From the NCBI RefSeq assembly GCF_963921235.1, contig NC_086097.1:135348001-135412000 (forward strand): 64,000 nt of DNA, in the 5' to 3' direction. The translations under genes were made by a program, and so were the position numbers. Below, piece by piece: positions 39,830 through 53,000 of this stretch. Below the pieces are notes generated by a model. That model ran no database searches and was not told where the DNA came from. It saw nothing but the letters and a program-made list of their open reading frames with translations. This stretch comes from Mobula hypostoma. Lineage: Eukaryota. Every line of letters starts with the position of its first letter. The first letter of the stretch is position 1.

Positions 39830-40050
39830 GTTTATTTATTGACATGCGTAGTGGAAGTAGGTCCTTCAAGTCGTGCTGCACAGCAATCCCCTGATTTAAT
39901 CCTAGTGTAATCCTGGGACAATTTACCAACTGGTACATCTTTGGACTGTGGGAGGAAACCAGAGCATGTGGAGGAAGCCCATGTGATCATAGAGAGAACA
40001 TACAAACTCTTTACAGGCTGCAGTGGGTACTGAACCCGGGTTGTACTGTA
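39830..40050 (-). mobile_element. V-SINE fragment
   Basis: Reverse complement of the V-domain core (TCTTTGGACTGTGGGAGGAAACCAGAGCA...) with a TTTA tail. Confidence 0.7.
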
Positions 40051-41079
40051 CACTTAAAAATATTAAGAATATATTGCATTTGTGTACATGTAGATATATT
40101 TAGATGATTCTGTAACTGATGCATTTTGCATATCTGAGTCAGATGCTGACTATGGCCTGCTGTTGGCTGTGGATGTCCATCTGTGTTACCTTTTCACAAA
40201 TTAAATCATGACAATTTTTTATGGGAATTGATTACAAAGGTTTCATAATGCCAAGGGAAAATTGTTTTCTTGGTTCGGATTTGCATCTCTATTGAGATGG
40301 AGATGACACTTGGAGGAACCTAGAGTGGAAAGTAAACTGATGGAGGAACTCAGTAGATAAGCAGCATCTGTGGAGCACAGAGTCCCTTCTGCAGTTTTTT
40401 TTGCTACATCTCTTGAAAAGATTTGAAATTACCAGAAGGAATGTCAGATTGTTCTTTTATTAATTCTGCAATTAATGCACTGTGTTCAAATTTCCACCTT
40501 GGTTTGAACATGCCCAGACAAAATATTGAGTGTCTCCAGACTATAGTAGTCTGTGGTCAGCTGTCTGTTATTAACAGCAATAATTCTTGCAATTAAAATA
40601 ATGAAACATTGTTTTCTAAGTAACATAGGATATGTAGTTTTAACGTAGTGATTCACTTCATTTTAAGTTTTAAACTGCTTTTGAAACTAGTTTTTATTGG
40701 AATTTGTTGACACTGGCTGATTCTTGAGATACCAGCAGCCCGCCTTTGGCCTACTTCATTTTGAAACCTCCATGTTTTAGGCTAGTGTGAGTGGTGGTGC
40801 TTTCAAGTTTCCTGATTATCCTGCTGATTCTGTTCATGCATCTTTATTTGTATATAGTCGAGTTTATTGTCATATGCACAAGTACGATGAAAAACTTATT
40901 TTCAATAACATCAAAATATATAGTATTATATAAGCAGTATTCACAAGAAAAATATGTTAAACAAATTATAAACAAATTTGACAATAAAGACCATGAATCA
41001 AGAAATAAAGTAAATTTTAGTGCAAAATGATGAATGTGGTTCTAGTGTTGGCAAACTGTAGTGATTAGAATTACACCTT

Positions 41080-43312
41080 AAGACATAGGAGCAGAATTAG
41101 GACATTCAGCCATTGAGTCTACTCCGCCATTCCATCTTAGCTGATGCCAAATCCCATTAAACCCCAGACACCTGCCTTCTCGCCATATCCTTTGATGCCC
41201 TGACTGATCAGGAAACTCCCCCTTAAATACACCCACGGACTTGGCATCCACCACAGCCTGTGGCAGAGCATTCCACAGATTTACTACTCTCTGGCTAAAA
41301 AAATTTTCTCCTTATCTCTGTTCTAAAGGGTCGCCCCTCAATTTTGAGGCTGTGCCCTCTAGTTCCGGATACCCCCACCATAGGAAACATCCTCTTCACA
41401 TGCATTGTATTTAGTCCTTTTAACATATGATAGGTTTCAATGAGATCCCCCCGCATTCTTCTAAATTCTAGTGAGTACAGACCTAAAGCTGCCAAATGCT
41501 CCTCATATGTTAACCCCTTCTATCCTGGAATCATCCTTGTGAGCTTCCTCTGGGCTCTCTCCAATGACAACACATCCTTTCAGAGATATGGGGCCTGAAA
41601 CTGTTGACAACACTCCGTAAGTGCAGTTTGACATGTGCTTTATAAAGGCTCAGCATTATCTCCTTGCTTTTATATTCTATTCCCCTTGAAATAAATGCCA
41701 ACATTGCATTTGCCTTCCTCACCACAGACTTAACCTGTAAATTAACCTTCTGGGAGTCTTGCATGAGGAATCCTAAATCCCTCTGCACCTTTGATATTTG
41801 AACCTTCTCCCCATTTAGATAATAATCTGCACTATTGTATCTTTTACCAAAATGCGTTATCATACATTTCCCAACACTGTATTCCATCTTCCACTTTTTT
41901 GCCCATTCTTCCAATTTCTTTTAACTCCTTCTGCAATTGCATTGCTTCCTCAGCACTACCTACCCCTCCACCTATCTTCAAATCATCTGCTAACTTTGCC
42001 ACAAAGCCGTCAATTCCATTATCTAAATCATTGACCAACAAAGTGAAAAGTAGTGAACCCAATACTGACCCCCTGAGGAACACAACTAGTAAGTGGCAGC
42101 CAAACAGAAAATGCCCCTTTTATTTCCCACTTGCTGCCTCCTGCCTGCCAGCCATTCTGCTATCCATGCCAGTATCTTTATAATAATACCATAGGATTTT
42201 ATCTTGTTAAGCAGCCTCAAGTGTGGAACCTTATCATATGCCTTCTGAAAATACAAGTAAATGACATCCACTGCCTCTCCTTTGTCCACCCTGCTTGCTA
42301 TTTCCTCAAAGAACTCTTAACAGATTTGTCGGGCAAAATTTTCCTTTACAGAAACCATGCTCACTTTGACAACAAGTACTCCAAAACCTCATCCTTAATA
42401 ATAGACTCCAACACTTTCCCAACCACTGGAGTTCTGCTAACTGGCCTGTAATTTCCTTTCTTTTGTCTTCCTACCTTCTTAAAGAGTGGAGTGACGTTTG
42501 CAATCTTCCAGTCCTCTGGGTCCATGCCAGTATCAAGTGATTCTTGAAAGATCGTGACCAATGCATCTGTTATCTCCTCAGCAACCCCTCTCAGGACTCT
42601 GGGATGTAGTCCATCTGGTCCAAGTGAATAATCCACCTTAAGACCTTTGAGTTTACCCAGTACTTTTTCCTTTGTTATAGCAATGGCAGTCACTCCTGCT
42701 CCCTGACGCTAACAGACCACTGGCACACTGCTTGGGTCTTCCATAGTGAAGACAGATGCAAAGTACCCATTAAGTTCATCTGCCATTTCTTTGCCCCCCC
42801 ATTACTACCTCACCAGCATTATTTTCCAGTGGTCCAATATCAGCTCTCACCTCCCTTTTACTCTTTATAAAACTGAAAATAAACTTTTGGTATCCTGCTT
42901 TATATTATTAGCTAGTCTGCTTTCATATTTCATCTTTTCCCTTATAGTTTTTTTTAGTTACCTTTTGATGGATTTTAAAAGTTTCCCAATCATGCAACTT
43001 CCCACTCACTTTTGCTACCTTATATGCCCTTTCCTTGGCTCTCATGCAGTCCTTAACTTCCTTTGTCAGCCACGGTTGCCTAGCCCTGCCATTTGACAAC
43101 TTCTTCCTCTGTGGGACATGTCTGTCCTCTGCCTTGTGAACTATTTCCAGAAACTTCAGCCATCTCTGCTCTGCCGTCATTCCCACCAATATCCTCCTCC
43201 GATCCACCTGGGCAAGCTCCTCTTGCATGCCTCTGTGATTCCCTTTATTCCATTGTGATACTGATACATGTGAGTTACGCTTGTCCCTCTCAAATTGCAA
43301 CATGAATTCAAT
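41080..43312 (-). mobile_element. CR1 LINE 3' half (degraded)
   Basis: GPDGLHPRVL, NYRPVS, FQKAYDKVPH, GSVLGSLLF, LADD, RRMRGDLIE. Confidence 0.88.
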
Positions 43313-43725
43313 CAATTTTGCTGGTTGGATCAACAAGAACTGAATCTTTGAATGGAAATCGTTCTTCTTGAACCTGGTGGTGTGGGGCTTCAGGCTTTTG
43401 TATCTCCTGCCCAGTGGCAGGCCCTCATGGTGGGGAGTTTTGAAAGGGGTTACTAGAATGGGTTGTGGACCCAATCTTTTTCCCTAATTTATCAGTTTAT
43501 AGTCTAGCTGATTTATTGCCCTCCATCAATTTGATTAACTTGGAACAAATTGGAAATTGTTGGTCTATCTCATGCAGGGGTTTCCAGCTTGGCGTCATGG
43601 ACCCTTTGCTTAATGGCATTGGTTCATGGTATTTAAAAAGTTGGGATCCCCTGATCTAGTGTGACCTTTTGTAATTGATGGGCACTGCAAAATATTTTGA
43701 ATACTGAGAATTATAATAACAAGAG

Positions 43726-43971
43726 ACACACATCAAAGTTGCTGGTGAACACAGCAGGCCAGGCAGCATCTCTAGGAAGAGGTACAGTCGACGTTTCAGG
43801 CCGAGACCCTTCGTCAGGACTAACTGAAGGAAGAGTTAGTCCTGACAAAGGGTCTCGGCCTGAAACGTCGACTGTACCTCTTCCTAGAGATGCTGCCTGG
43901 CCTGCTGCGTTCACCAGCAACTTTGATGTGTGTTGCTTGAATTTCCAGCATCTGCAGAATTCCTGTTGTTT
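43726..43971. mobile_element. Palindromic Penelope-derived mini-element
   Basis: 100-bp arms (43726-43825, 43834-43933) with 2 mismatches and an 8-nt spacer, plus the same tail; no clear TSD. Confidence 0.9.
43786..43821 (-). ncRNA. Minimal type I hammerhead ribozyme motif, intact
   Basis: Identical 36-nt motif to 63781-63816. Confidence 0.8.
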
Positions 43972-44834
43972 ACAATATCTTATTTGCATTGATTTTTATT
44001 GGTGTTACTTAAAACGGGATGTGAGGTGCTACTTTCTGCCTCGAGAATGATTGAATTTCTTTGGCAGCACTTGTGCGTCTTTCACATCAATTGCATCTTT
44101 ATCTCAAAAGGGATGCTTAAGAATATATTTTTCGATGCAACTGAGAAACTTGGCAATGTAATTATGAACAGCAAGCTCCTACAAAGAGCAACACAATGGT
44201 GAATCATCCACTTTTGGCTTTGAAATAGTATCATGGGATTTTTTTTTACATACAGGGTGTTTTAATATTTCATTTGCAAGACAATACTTTTGACTAATGA
44301 CAATGTGGAATCTGGGGCTGTGCTTTCTTTAATTAAAATAAATCTGTTCCACTTTTAAATGCAAGTTAGTTTTCTCAGAACTTTCTAATCATTAGAAAAG
44401 TACTGTGCAATGAATTTGCATGCTGCCATTTCCCCAAATGACTCCTCCCACATCAATGGGGAGAGAGATTAAAATGGTGACTGCTAGCATTGTTTCTAGT
44501 TTTTTTTGAAGCACTTACTGAAGTACTTATGAAGAATTTGAAACTGACACATAATGTAAATGTACTAAAGGGTGATTTTAAAAAGAACAATTCACATCTA
44601 CATCCTCATGAATGATGGGGGAAAGGTTATATAGTTTGTAGTCAATGTACATTCATCTTTGTATTTGTATATTAAAATATACCTAAGATTGTACAACAAT
44701 GCAATTGTTAACTTCAGAGTTAAATCAAATCTACAAGAGGATTTTTTTAAAACATTGAAGCTATTCAGAACATAGCCATTGTACAAGATTGTACAACAAT
44801 CAACACAGGCACAGTTCAAATGTTTTCTATATAT

Positions 44835-45345
44835 TCAGAGATGACGCAGCTGTGATTCTCATGTGATGGGATGAGGAGGTGTACAGAAGTGAGATAAATT
44901 GGCTAGTTAAGTGGTGACGCAACAACAACCTTGCACTCAGTGTGAGTAAGACACCATGGAATTGATTGTGGACTTCAGGAAGGGGAAGTCCAGAGAACAC
45001 ACACCAGTCATCATCAAGGGGTCAGCAGTGGATAGAGTGAGCAGTTTCAAGTTCTTTGCTGTCTGTATCTCTGACAATCTATCCTGGGCCCAACACATTG
45101 ATACAATTACAAAGAAGGCACAGCAGCAACTATAGGAATTTGAAGAGACTTGGTATGTTGCCCAAGACTAGCAAATTTCTACAGGTGTACTTGTGGAGGG
45201 CATTCTAACTGGTTGCATCACCCATGAACCCAACAACACTACCTCGCTACCTTGTTCTCTTGTTGCATTAATTTACTAGTGCACGGTACTGCTTCAAAAT
45301 GATAAATCTTGTGATATATGTCAGTGATAATAAATGTGATTCAGA
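44835..45345 (+). mobile_element. Rex1/Babar-type LINE fragment
   Basis: Reverse-complement similarity to the 1194-4150 element. Confidence 0.65.
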
Positions 45346-45592
45346 TATTAAAGCATTTGAACACAGATGAGATTCCCTTCATTTTCTTCCCACAGTGAAG
45401 AAGAGCAGGGGATTTATCCTCAGGTGATGGATCAATATTTATTCACTTACTCTGGATAATCTGCTTATTATAATGCTGTTTGTTGGAGCTTGCTGTGTAC
45501 AAATTGCTGCTGTGTTTCTTGTATTACACCAGTGATATTTCAAAAGCCCTTCATTGGTGTAAAATGCTTTGGGACATCAACAAAGATAAATA

Positions 45593-46615
45593 CAGGTTGA
45601 GTACCCCTTCTCTGAAATTTTAAGATCAGAAAAGCTCTGAAATCCAAATTTTTTTCGAGTGCTGAAATGTCATAAGTGGGAAAATTCCACAATGCGTAGG
45701 GAAGTTATCAGGCAATATGCAGGTCTCTGTGGATCACAGAGTTCTGTGAAGTGACCTCACATATGTAATGAAAAGACATTAATTTTAAAAAAAGAAAAAC
45801 TGCATAAAGTGAAAAATGAAGGTCTTGAACATGTTTTGAAAGAATGCATTTGTCAGCATTGTAGTGAACATATGTTGCTTAAAGATGTGCTGATCATGAA
45901 ACAAGCAAAGATCTATCATGATGAACTGAAAATTGGAGGTGATTGTGAATGTTCAGGCTGGTTGCAGAAATTTAAGAAAAGGCACAACATTAAATTCTTC
46001 AAGATTTTAATTATTTTAAAGATAAAGCTTCTGCTGATCACGAAGCATTGGTAAGTTTGCAAAGATCGTCGGGAATGATGATTTAACACTGCAACAGGTC
46101 GACAAAGCTGATACTCTATATAAAACCTAAAAAATATAAAATACAAATACAGTGTACTATATCTTTATCAAAAACAGTACGGTACCCATACAGTCTGGGT
46201 TCCATGATGTTTCTTTGTTTTGTGGCGTCTGCGGGATGACGAACCTCGGGGTTCTATACTGCATCCATACTTTGAATCTTTGAAAAACACAGGATCGTAG
46301 GTGGACACTGAATGCCTGCCGTTGTTTGTTGTTTGACAGCTGATTCAGGTATTCTCTGGATGCTGCTGTGCTGCTTTTGTTACCCTGCACACACATTTTC
46401 ATTGAATTAATGATATGTAATCATTTTTACTATTAAGTACATATGTGTGATGAACAAATGTAACACAGACTGCTTACCAGTAGCACATAAATTCAAGAGT
46501 TGGAAATTATGGCATTCCCAGGCTATCTCATTATGCATTTCAAAATCCAAGTATAAAAAACAAAATACAAAACACTTCCAGCCCCGAGTATTTCAGATAA
46601 GGGGTACTCAACCCG
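45593..46615 (+). mobile_element. Tigger/pogo-type (Tc1/mariner) DNA transposon, internally deleted
   Basis: TA|CAGGTTGAGTACCCCTTCTCTGAAA ... TTTCAGATAAGGGGTACTCAACCCG|TA; CENP-B-type HTH remnant QAKIYHDELKI...SGWLQKFKKRH. Confidence 0.88.
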
Positions 46616-47264
46616 TACTATCTTTCATTCCCTTCAGCTTATTTCATATTTGTAAAAGAATTTTGAAGATCTCAAGTAATACAGATCGTTGGGTTGTCAG
46701 ATTTGATGGTATCAGTCTGATACTTTAAAGGAGTTTACTGCAAACCTTGGTCATTGAACCATTGCATTACCATACAAGTTAACAGCCTGGATGATATTAT
46801 TAATGACATGATCCAGCAAGTCTTTTGATGAAGAAGGCAATAAATGCTAGCTCGTGACATCTATGGTATTGATAAAGTATGTAAAAGGGTTAACACTTTA
46901 AACAATAGCAGCCTGTTTTTTTTGAAAGAAACCACTGATGATCAACAGATGTGCTAATTTTGTTATTCAATACTGAGCAATATTTCTTCTTGAAGGTAGC
47001 TAGCTAGGGTTTCAGGATGCTTATCTCCTTGTGCAGTCTTGCATAGAGATAGGACAGCTCCAGTCTGTTTTGTGCATTTAGGCCATTATGCCTATTCTGT
47101 AATTTGTCTTTCGGTATTGTCAAGCAACAGCTTGACTCCAGCTGACTCCAGCTTGGTATGTGTGGGGGGTATTTGAATGAATATATCCCTTCTGTAAGGG
47201 GAATTGTGAGTTAGTTGGTGGACTGGGCAGGAACAGTCTTGTTTGAGCGACTAACTGAGTAAGC

Positions 47265-49600
47265 CCCAGGTTCATTACATAACACCCAATTCAGTATAGC
47301 TGGTCCCCTAGTATGCTCAACGTCACACTGCTCTAAAAAGCTATCTCTTGTGCATTCAACAAACTCACTTTCATGAGATCCATTACCAACCAGCCTTTCT
47401 CAATCAATCTGCACGTTAAAATCTCCCACGACTACCATAGCATTGCTCTTTTGACTTGCCTTTTCTATTTCCTGTTGTAACCTGTGGTCCACCTCCCAGC
47501 CAGTGTTGGGAGGCCTGTATATAACTGCCATCAACGTCCTTTTACCCTTGCAGTTTCTTAACTCAACCCACGGAGATTCAACATCTTCGGATCCTATGTC
47601 ACATCTTTCTACTGATTTGATGGCATTCTTAACCAGTAGAGCCACACCAGCTCCTCTGCCTACCTTCCTATCTCTCCAATATAACATGTAACCTTGGACA
47701 TTCAGCTCCCAACTACAACCATCCTTCAGCCATGATTCAGTGATGGCCACAACAGCATACCTGGCAATCTGTAATATCGCAACAAGATCATCTACCTTAT
47801 TTCTTATACTACGTGCATTTAGATACAACACCTTGAGTACTGTATTTGCTATCCTTTCTAACTCTGCATCCGATTGATTTGATACTCAGCCTGTTGGCTG
47901 CAACTAAGTCCATCACCTGCCTGCCCTTGCTGACAATCTGACTACATGCTATCTACTCTTTTACCATCCGTTCTTTCCTAAGTCCCTTCCCTCTGGTTCC
48001 CACCTCCCTGCCAAGTTAGTTTAAACCGTCCCCAACAACTCTTAACAAACCTGCCCGCGAGAATATTGGTCTCAGTTGGGTTCATGTGCAGCCACTTTTG
48101 TGTCACTTTTGAACAGACCATACCTCCCCCAGAAGAGATCCCAATTATCCAAGAACCTGAAGCTCTGTCCCCTGCACCAGCTTCTCAGCCACGCATTTAT
48201 CTGCCAAATCATCTTGTTTCTACCCTCACTGGTTCATGGCATGGGTAGCAATCCAGAAATTACTACCTGGGAGGTCCTGCTTCTCAGCTTTCTACCTGGC
48301 TCTCTAAATTCTCTTTTTGGCACCTCATCGCTTTCACTTCCTGTGTCATTGGTACCAATATGTACTGAGACATTTGGCTGCTCCCCTTCCCTCTCCAAAG
48401 TGTTGTGGACATGATCTGAGATATCCCTGACCCTGGCAGCTGTGAGGCGACATATCATCCGACTGTCCTGTTCACATCCACATAATCCCTGTCTGTTCCC
48501 CTCACTATCGTTCCTTTCCTCTCTCTCTTTCCCTTCTGCACGATGGTCCCATGCTTCGTGCCTGTAACCTGGTCGCCGTGGCATTCTCCGGGGAGGTCAT
48601 CCCCCACCAATAGTATCTAAAGCGGTATACTTATTTTTGAGGGGAATGGCCACAGGGGTGCTCTGCTCTAACTGCCTTTTTCCATTTCTCCTGACGGTCA
48701 CCCAGCTACTCGCCTCCGGCAACTTCGGAGTGATTACTTCCCTGTAACTTTGATCAATTATATCCTCGCTCTCCCGTACAAGCTGAAGGTCATCCAGTTG
48801 CTGCTCCAGATCCATAACACAGTCTTCAAGGAACTGCAGCTAGATGCACTTCATGCAGATCTAGTTCCCTGAGAGACTCTGGGTCTCCCAGTTCTCCAAC
48901 ATCTGGCACGAAGAGCACATCACAGCCATTTAAATGGTACAGTAAGAAAGGGGGAGAAAATCTGAAAAGGAAACCTTAGCACGCAAACACGAGGAAATCT
49001 GCAGATGCTGGAATTTCAAGCAACTCCTCTCCCTTCTCCAGCCTCATATCCCTTTGCCAATCAACTTTCCAGCTCTTAGCTCCATCCCTCCCGCTCCTAT
49101 CATTTCGGATCTCCCCCTCCCCCTCCCACTTTCAAATCTCTTACTATCTTCTTTCAGTTAGTCCTGACGAAGGGTTTCAGCCCAAAACGTCGACTGTACC
49201 TCTTCCTATAGGTGCTGCCTGGCCTGCTGCATTCACCAGCATTTTTTGTGTGTGTTGCAGGAAACCTTAACAGATGCTTTACACAGAGCCGATGCCTCTA
49301 CCAAGCTGAAGCCTGGTTTGAGCCAAAGCCTGTCACTTCTACTCTTGCTACTGGCCTACTCCGGACAATGGCCACTCTGCTTATCCCTTCTGTACTTTTT
49401 AGTTCGTAGAGCTCTTTATTGGCCACTAATAGGCCACGTACAATGGACAAACACTCTCGAAGCCCCCTTCTTAAATAACCGCTGCTGACCTGTGCGAAAT
49501 CCCTCTTGGGAGAGCTCTGTTGACGCTGCTGATAGGCCACGGACAATGGACAAACACTATCTAAGCTCCCTTTTTAAATAGCTGCCGCTGATCTGCGAGG
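47265..49600 (-). mobile_element. CR1 LINE 5' half (5'UTR with ~103-bp tandem duplication, ORF1, endonuclease start)
   Basis: VHIGTND (ORF1 esterase); YLNARSIRNK...VAITESWL...YRPP...GDFN; tandem copies start near 49429 and 49532. Confidence 0.82.
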
Positions 49601-50097
49601 ATCCAGGATACCTTCAAAGAGTGATGCCTTAAAAAGCCAGCATCCATCGTTAAGGACCTCTTCACCCAGGTCATGTCTTGTTCTCATTGCTACCATTTTG
49701 AAGGTGCAGAAGCGTGAAGGCATACAATCAAAAATTCAAGAACAGCTTCTTCCCGTCTGCCATCTGATTTCTGAATGGATATTGAACCCATGAACACTAC
49801 CTCATACTTCTTTAAATTTCTATTTTTGCACTACTTATTTAACTATTTTATATATTTCTTCATTGTAATTCAGTTTTTTCCCTCTATTTTTATATATTGC
49901 ATTGTACTACTGCCACAAAGTCAACAAATTTCATGACATATGCTGGTGATATTAAACCTGAATGGGATTCTTTGCATACAAAAAATCACATTAGCAAATG
50001 TCATGGTATTGCTCACGGAAGGTCTGCGGTTAGGCACTGCTGTTTTGTTTCTGAAACATTCATTGTCACCCAGAAAATACATTGGAATCACATTTTA

Positions 50098-53000
50098 GGG
50101 CGGGGGGTGGTGGGAGGGGCTTCATGTTTTAATTTGTTTCTCTTTGGGCTATATACATTATTGAAGTACTGGTTGCGTCCTTTTCCCCGGTATCTTTTGT
50201 ATGTTCTGTTTCCTCTCCGGGTTTGTGGGTCGCGCCTATCGTCAATCCTCCTTGTTGTGGGTTGACTTTAGGATTTATGGAGTCTATTATTAATTTTGTC
50301 TCCTGGAATACTAATGGTCTTAATCATCCTATTAAAAGGAAAAAAGTTTTTAAAGTGTTCCGGAGACTTAAAGCACAAATTTTATTTTTACAAGAGACCC
50401 ATGTACGGAGGGGGGACAGACTACATTTTTTCAAATTCTGGAAGGGACAACAATTTCATTCGAACTCCAATGCTAAGATTCGAGGCGTCTCTATTTTTAT
50501 AGATTCCTCAGTTACTTTTACACAACAGGATATTATCTCTGATCCGAATGGTAGATTTTTATTGGTTAGTGGTTTACTATTTAATAAAAAAGTAGTTTTG
50601 GTTAATGTTTATGCTCCTAATATGGATTGTCCGGAATTTTATAAATCATTGTTTGATCAGTTTCCGAATTTGAACGAGTTTTCATTGATTTGGGGCGGAG
50701 ATCTTAATACCTGTTTGTCTCCAGCTTTGGACCGTTCGGCTCCTTTACGGACTTTACCTAATAAATCTGCAAATCTGATTAATTTTTTCCTTTCTGATTC
50801 TGGGTCGACGGACATTTGGCGTTTTCTGCATCCTCAGGAAAAAGATTTTTCCTTCTTTTCACATGTTCATCATTCCTATTCAAGAATTGATTATTTTTTC
50901 ATTGATTCTCGTCTCATTCCTTCAGTGATTAAATGTGATTATGATTCTATAACCATTTCGGATCATGCTCCACTTAAGCTTTCTATTAAAATTATGGCCA
51001 ATATACCAAACAATAGACAATGGCGTTTTAATTCGCTGTTGCTTCAGGACTCGGACTTTGTTAATTTTATGAATGAACAGATTGAGCTTTTTTTTACAAT
51101 TAACCATACAGAAGATATTTCGGTTAACACTCTTTGGGACACTTTTAAAGCCTATATTCGGGGTCAGATTATTTCATATTCCGTTGCTTTGAGGAAGAAA
51201 CAGAAGCAGGAGGAGATGGCAATTGTGGACAAGATTAAAGAAATTGATAAGAAATATGTTATGGCTCCTTCTGAGGAGTTATACAAACAAAGAACTGAAC
51301 TTCAAATGGAACACAGTTTACTACTCTCGTCCTCGATTGTAAACCAATTAAAGAAAACAAGAAGTGACTTTTATGTTCACAGTGATAAAATTGGCAAGCT
51401 GCTGGCTAATCAATTGAAATCTAATTATGTTAAATCTCAAATCAATCAGATTTATAACCAAAATGATCGATTGATATTGGATCATGTGGGGATTAATCAA
51501 ACCTTTTGTGATTTTTATTCTTCTTTATATCAATCAGAGTCTCCTCGAGATTCTAAATATATGAATGATTTTTTAGATAAGTTAGACTTCCCTCAGATTT
51601 CACAGGATATGTCTTCTTTATTAGATACTTCCATTACAATGGATGAGATTAAGAATGTTATTTTTTCTATGAATCTGGGGAAAGCTCCTGGCCCTGATGG
51701 GTTTACCGTTGAATTTTATAAATGTTTTGCTTCTTTATTGATTCCTTGGCTCTATAAGGTTTTTGAGGCTTCTTTGAAACTTGGTAAACTTCCGGAATCT
51801 TTTAATAGAGCATCAATTTCTCTAATACTAAAGAAGGATAAAGACCCTGCTCAATGTGCATCTTATAGACCAATATCTTTATTAAATGTTGATTCTAAAG
51901 TTTTTTCTAAGTTATTAGCAAATAGACTAGAAAAAGTACTTCCTTCTATTATTTCGGAAGACCAAACGGGTTTTATTAAAGGTCGTTACTCTTTTTATAA
52001 TATTCGTACATTGTTAAATATCGTTTATACTCCCTCACAAAATGTTCCTGAGTGTGTTATTTCTTTAGATGCCGAGAAAGCTTTTGATAGAGTAGAATGG
52101 CCTTATTTATTTAAGGTGCTTGAAATGTTTAATTTTAGCTTGAAATTTATATCCTGGATTAAACTGTTATATCACTCCCCTGTAGCCTCGGTTCGTACTA
52201 ACTCTTTAAACTCACCTTTTTTTCCTCTCTTTCGTGGTACTCGACAAGGCTGTCCTCTTAGTCCCCTATTATTTGATATTGCATTAGAACCTCTTGCAAT
52301 TGCTATTCGAGAATCTTCAAATATTACTGGGATAACTCGGGGATTAAAGTCCCATAAATTATCACTCTATGCTGATGATTTACTTTTATATATTTCTAAT
52401 CCTGAGAGATCCATTCCTGCTGTTTTAGAGTTATTAGCACAATTTGGTCTTTTCTCAGGTTATAAATTAAATCTTAGTAAGAGTGAACTTTTTCCGATTA
52501 ATAAACATCTTCCCTTATATTATAAATTTCCATTTAAATTGATTAATAATTACTTTTCATATCTTGGGATTAAAATTACTTGTAAACATAAAGATTTATT
52601 TAAGACTAACTTTTTACCATTAATAGACCATATTACTCAACTTTCATCTAAATGGTTTCCCTTATATTTAACTTTGATTGGTCGTATTAATGCAGTTAAG
52701 ATGTTTTTTTTGCCAAAATTTTTATATGTGTTTCAGGCATTACCAATTTTCGTTCCTAAATCTTTTTTTGATAAAGTTGACTCTAAAATTTCTTCATTTA
52801 TTTGGCAGAATAAGAATCCGAGACTGGGTAAAATACATTTACAGAAAGCTAAGAGAGATGGAGGTTTAGCATTACCTAACTTTAGATTTTATTATTGGGC
52901 TATTAATATTCGACATATGAAATTTTGGTTACTTGACCAGGACATACTATCTATTCCTAAATGGGTAGCATTGGAATTACAATCTGTTCAGGGTTATACA

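Noticed and set aside
43726..43933. CRISPR repeat, terminator or miRNA precursor interpretation of the hairpins
   Set aside because: Eukaryotic intronic context, no repeat-spacer array, and the arms match PLE terminal repeats elsewhere in the window.
43697..44050. Similar ORFs on both strands (also 63673-63965 and 37981-38175)
   Set aside because: By-products of the palindromic PLE repeats, not genes.
50223..50276. ORF-track N-terminal extension of L1 ORF2 (1276 aa)
   Set aside because: Starts at a non-ATG codon; ATG 50277 directly precedes the APE motif, as expected for L1 ORF2.
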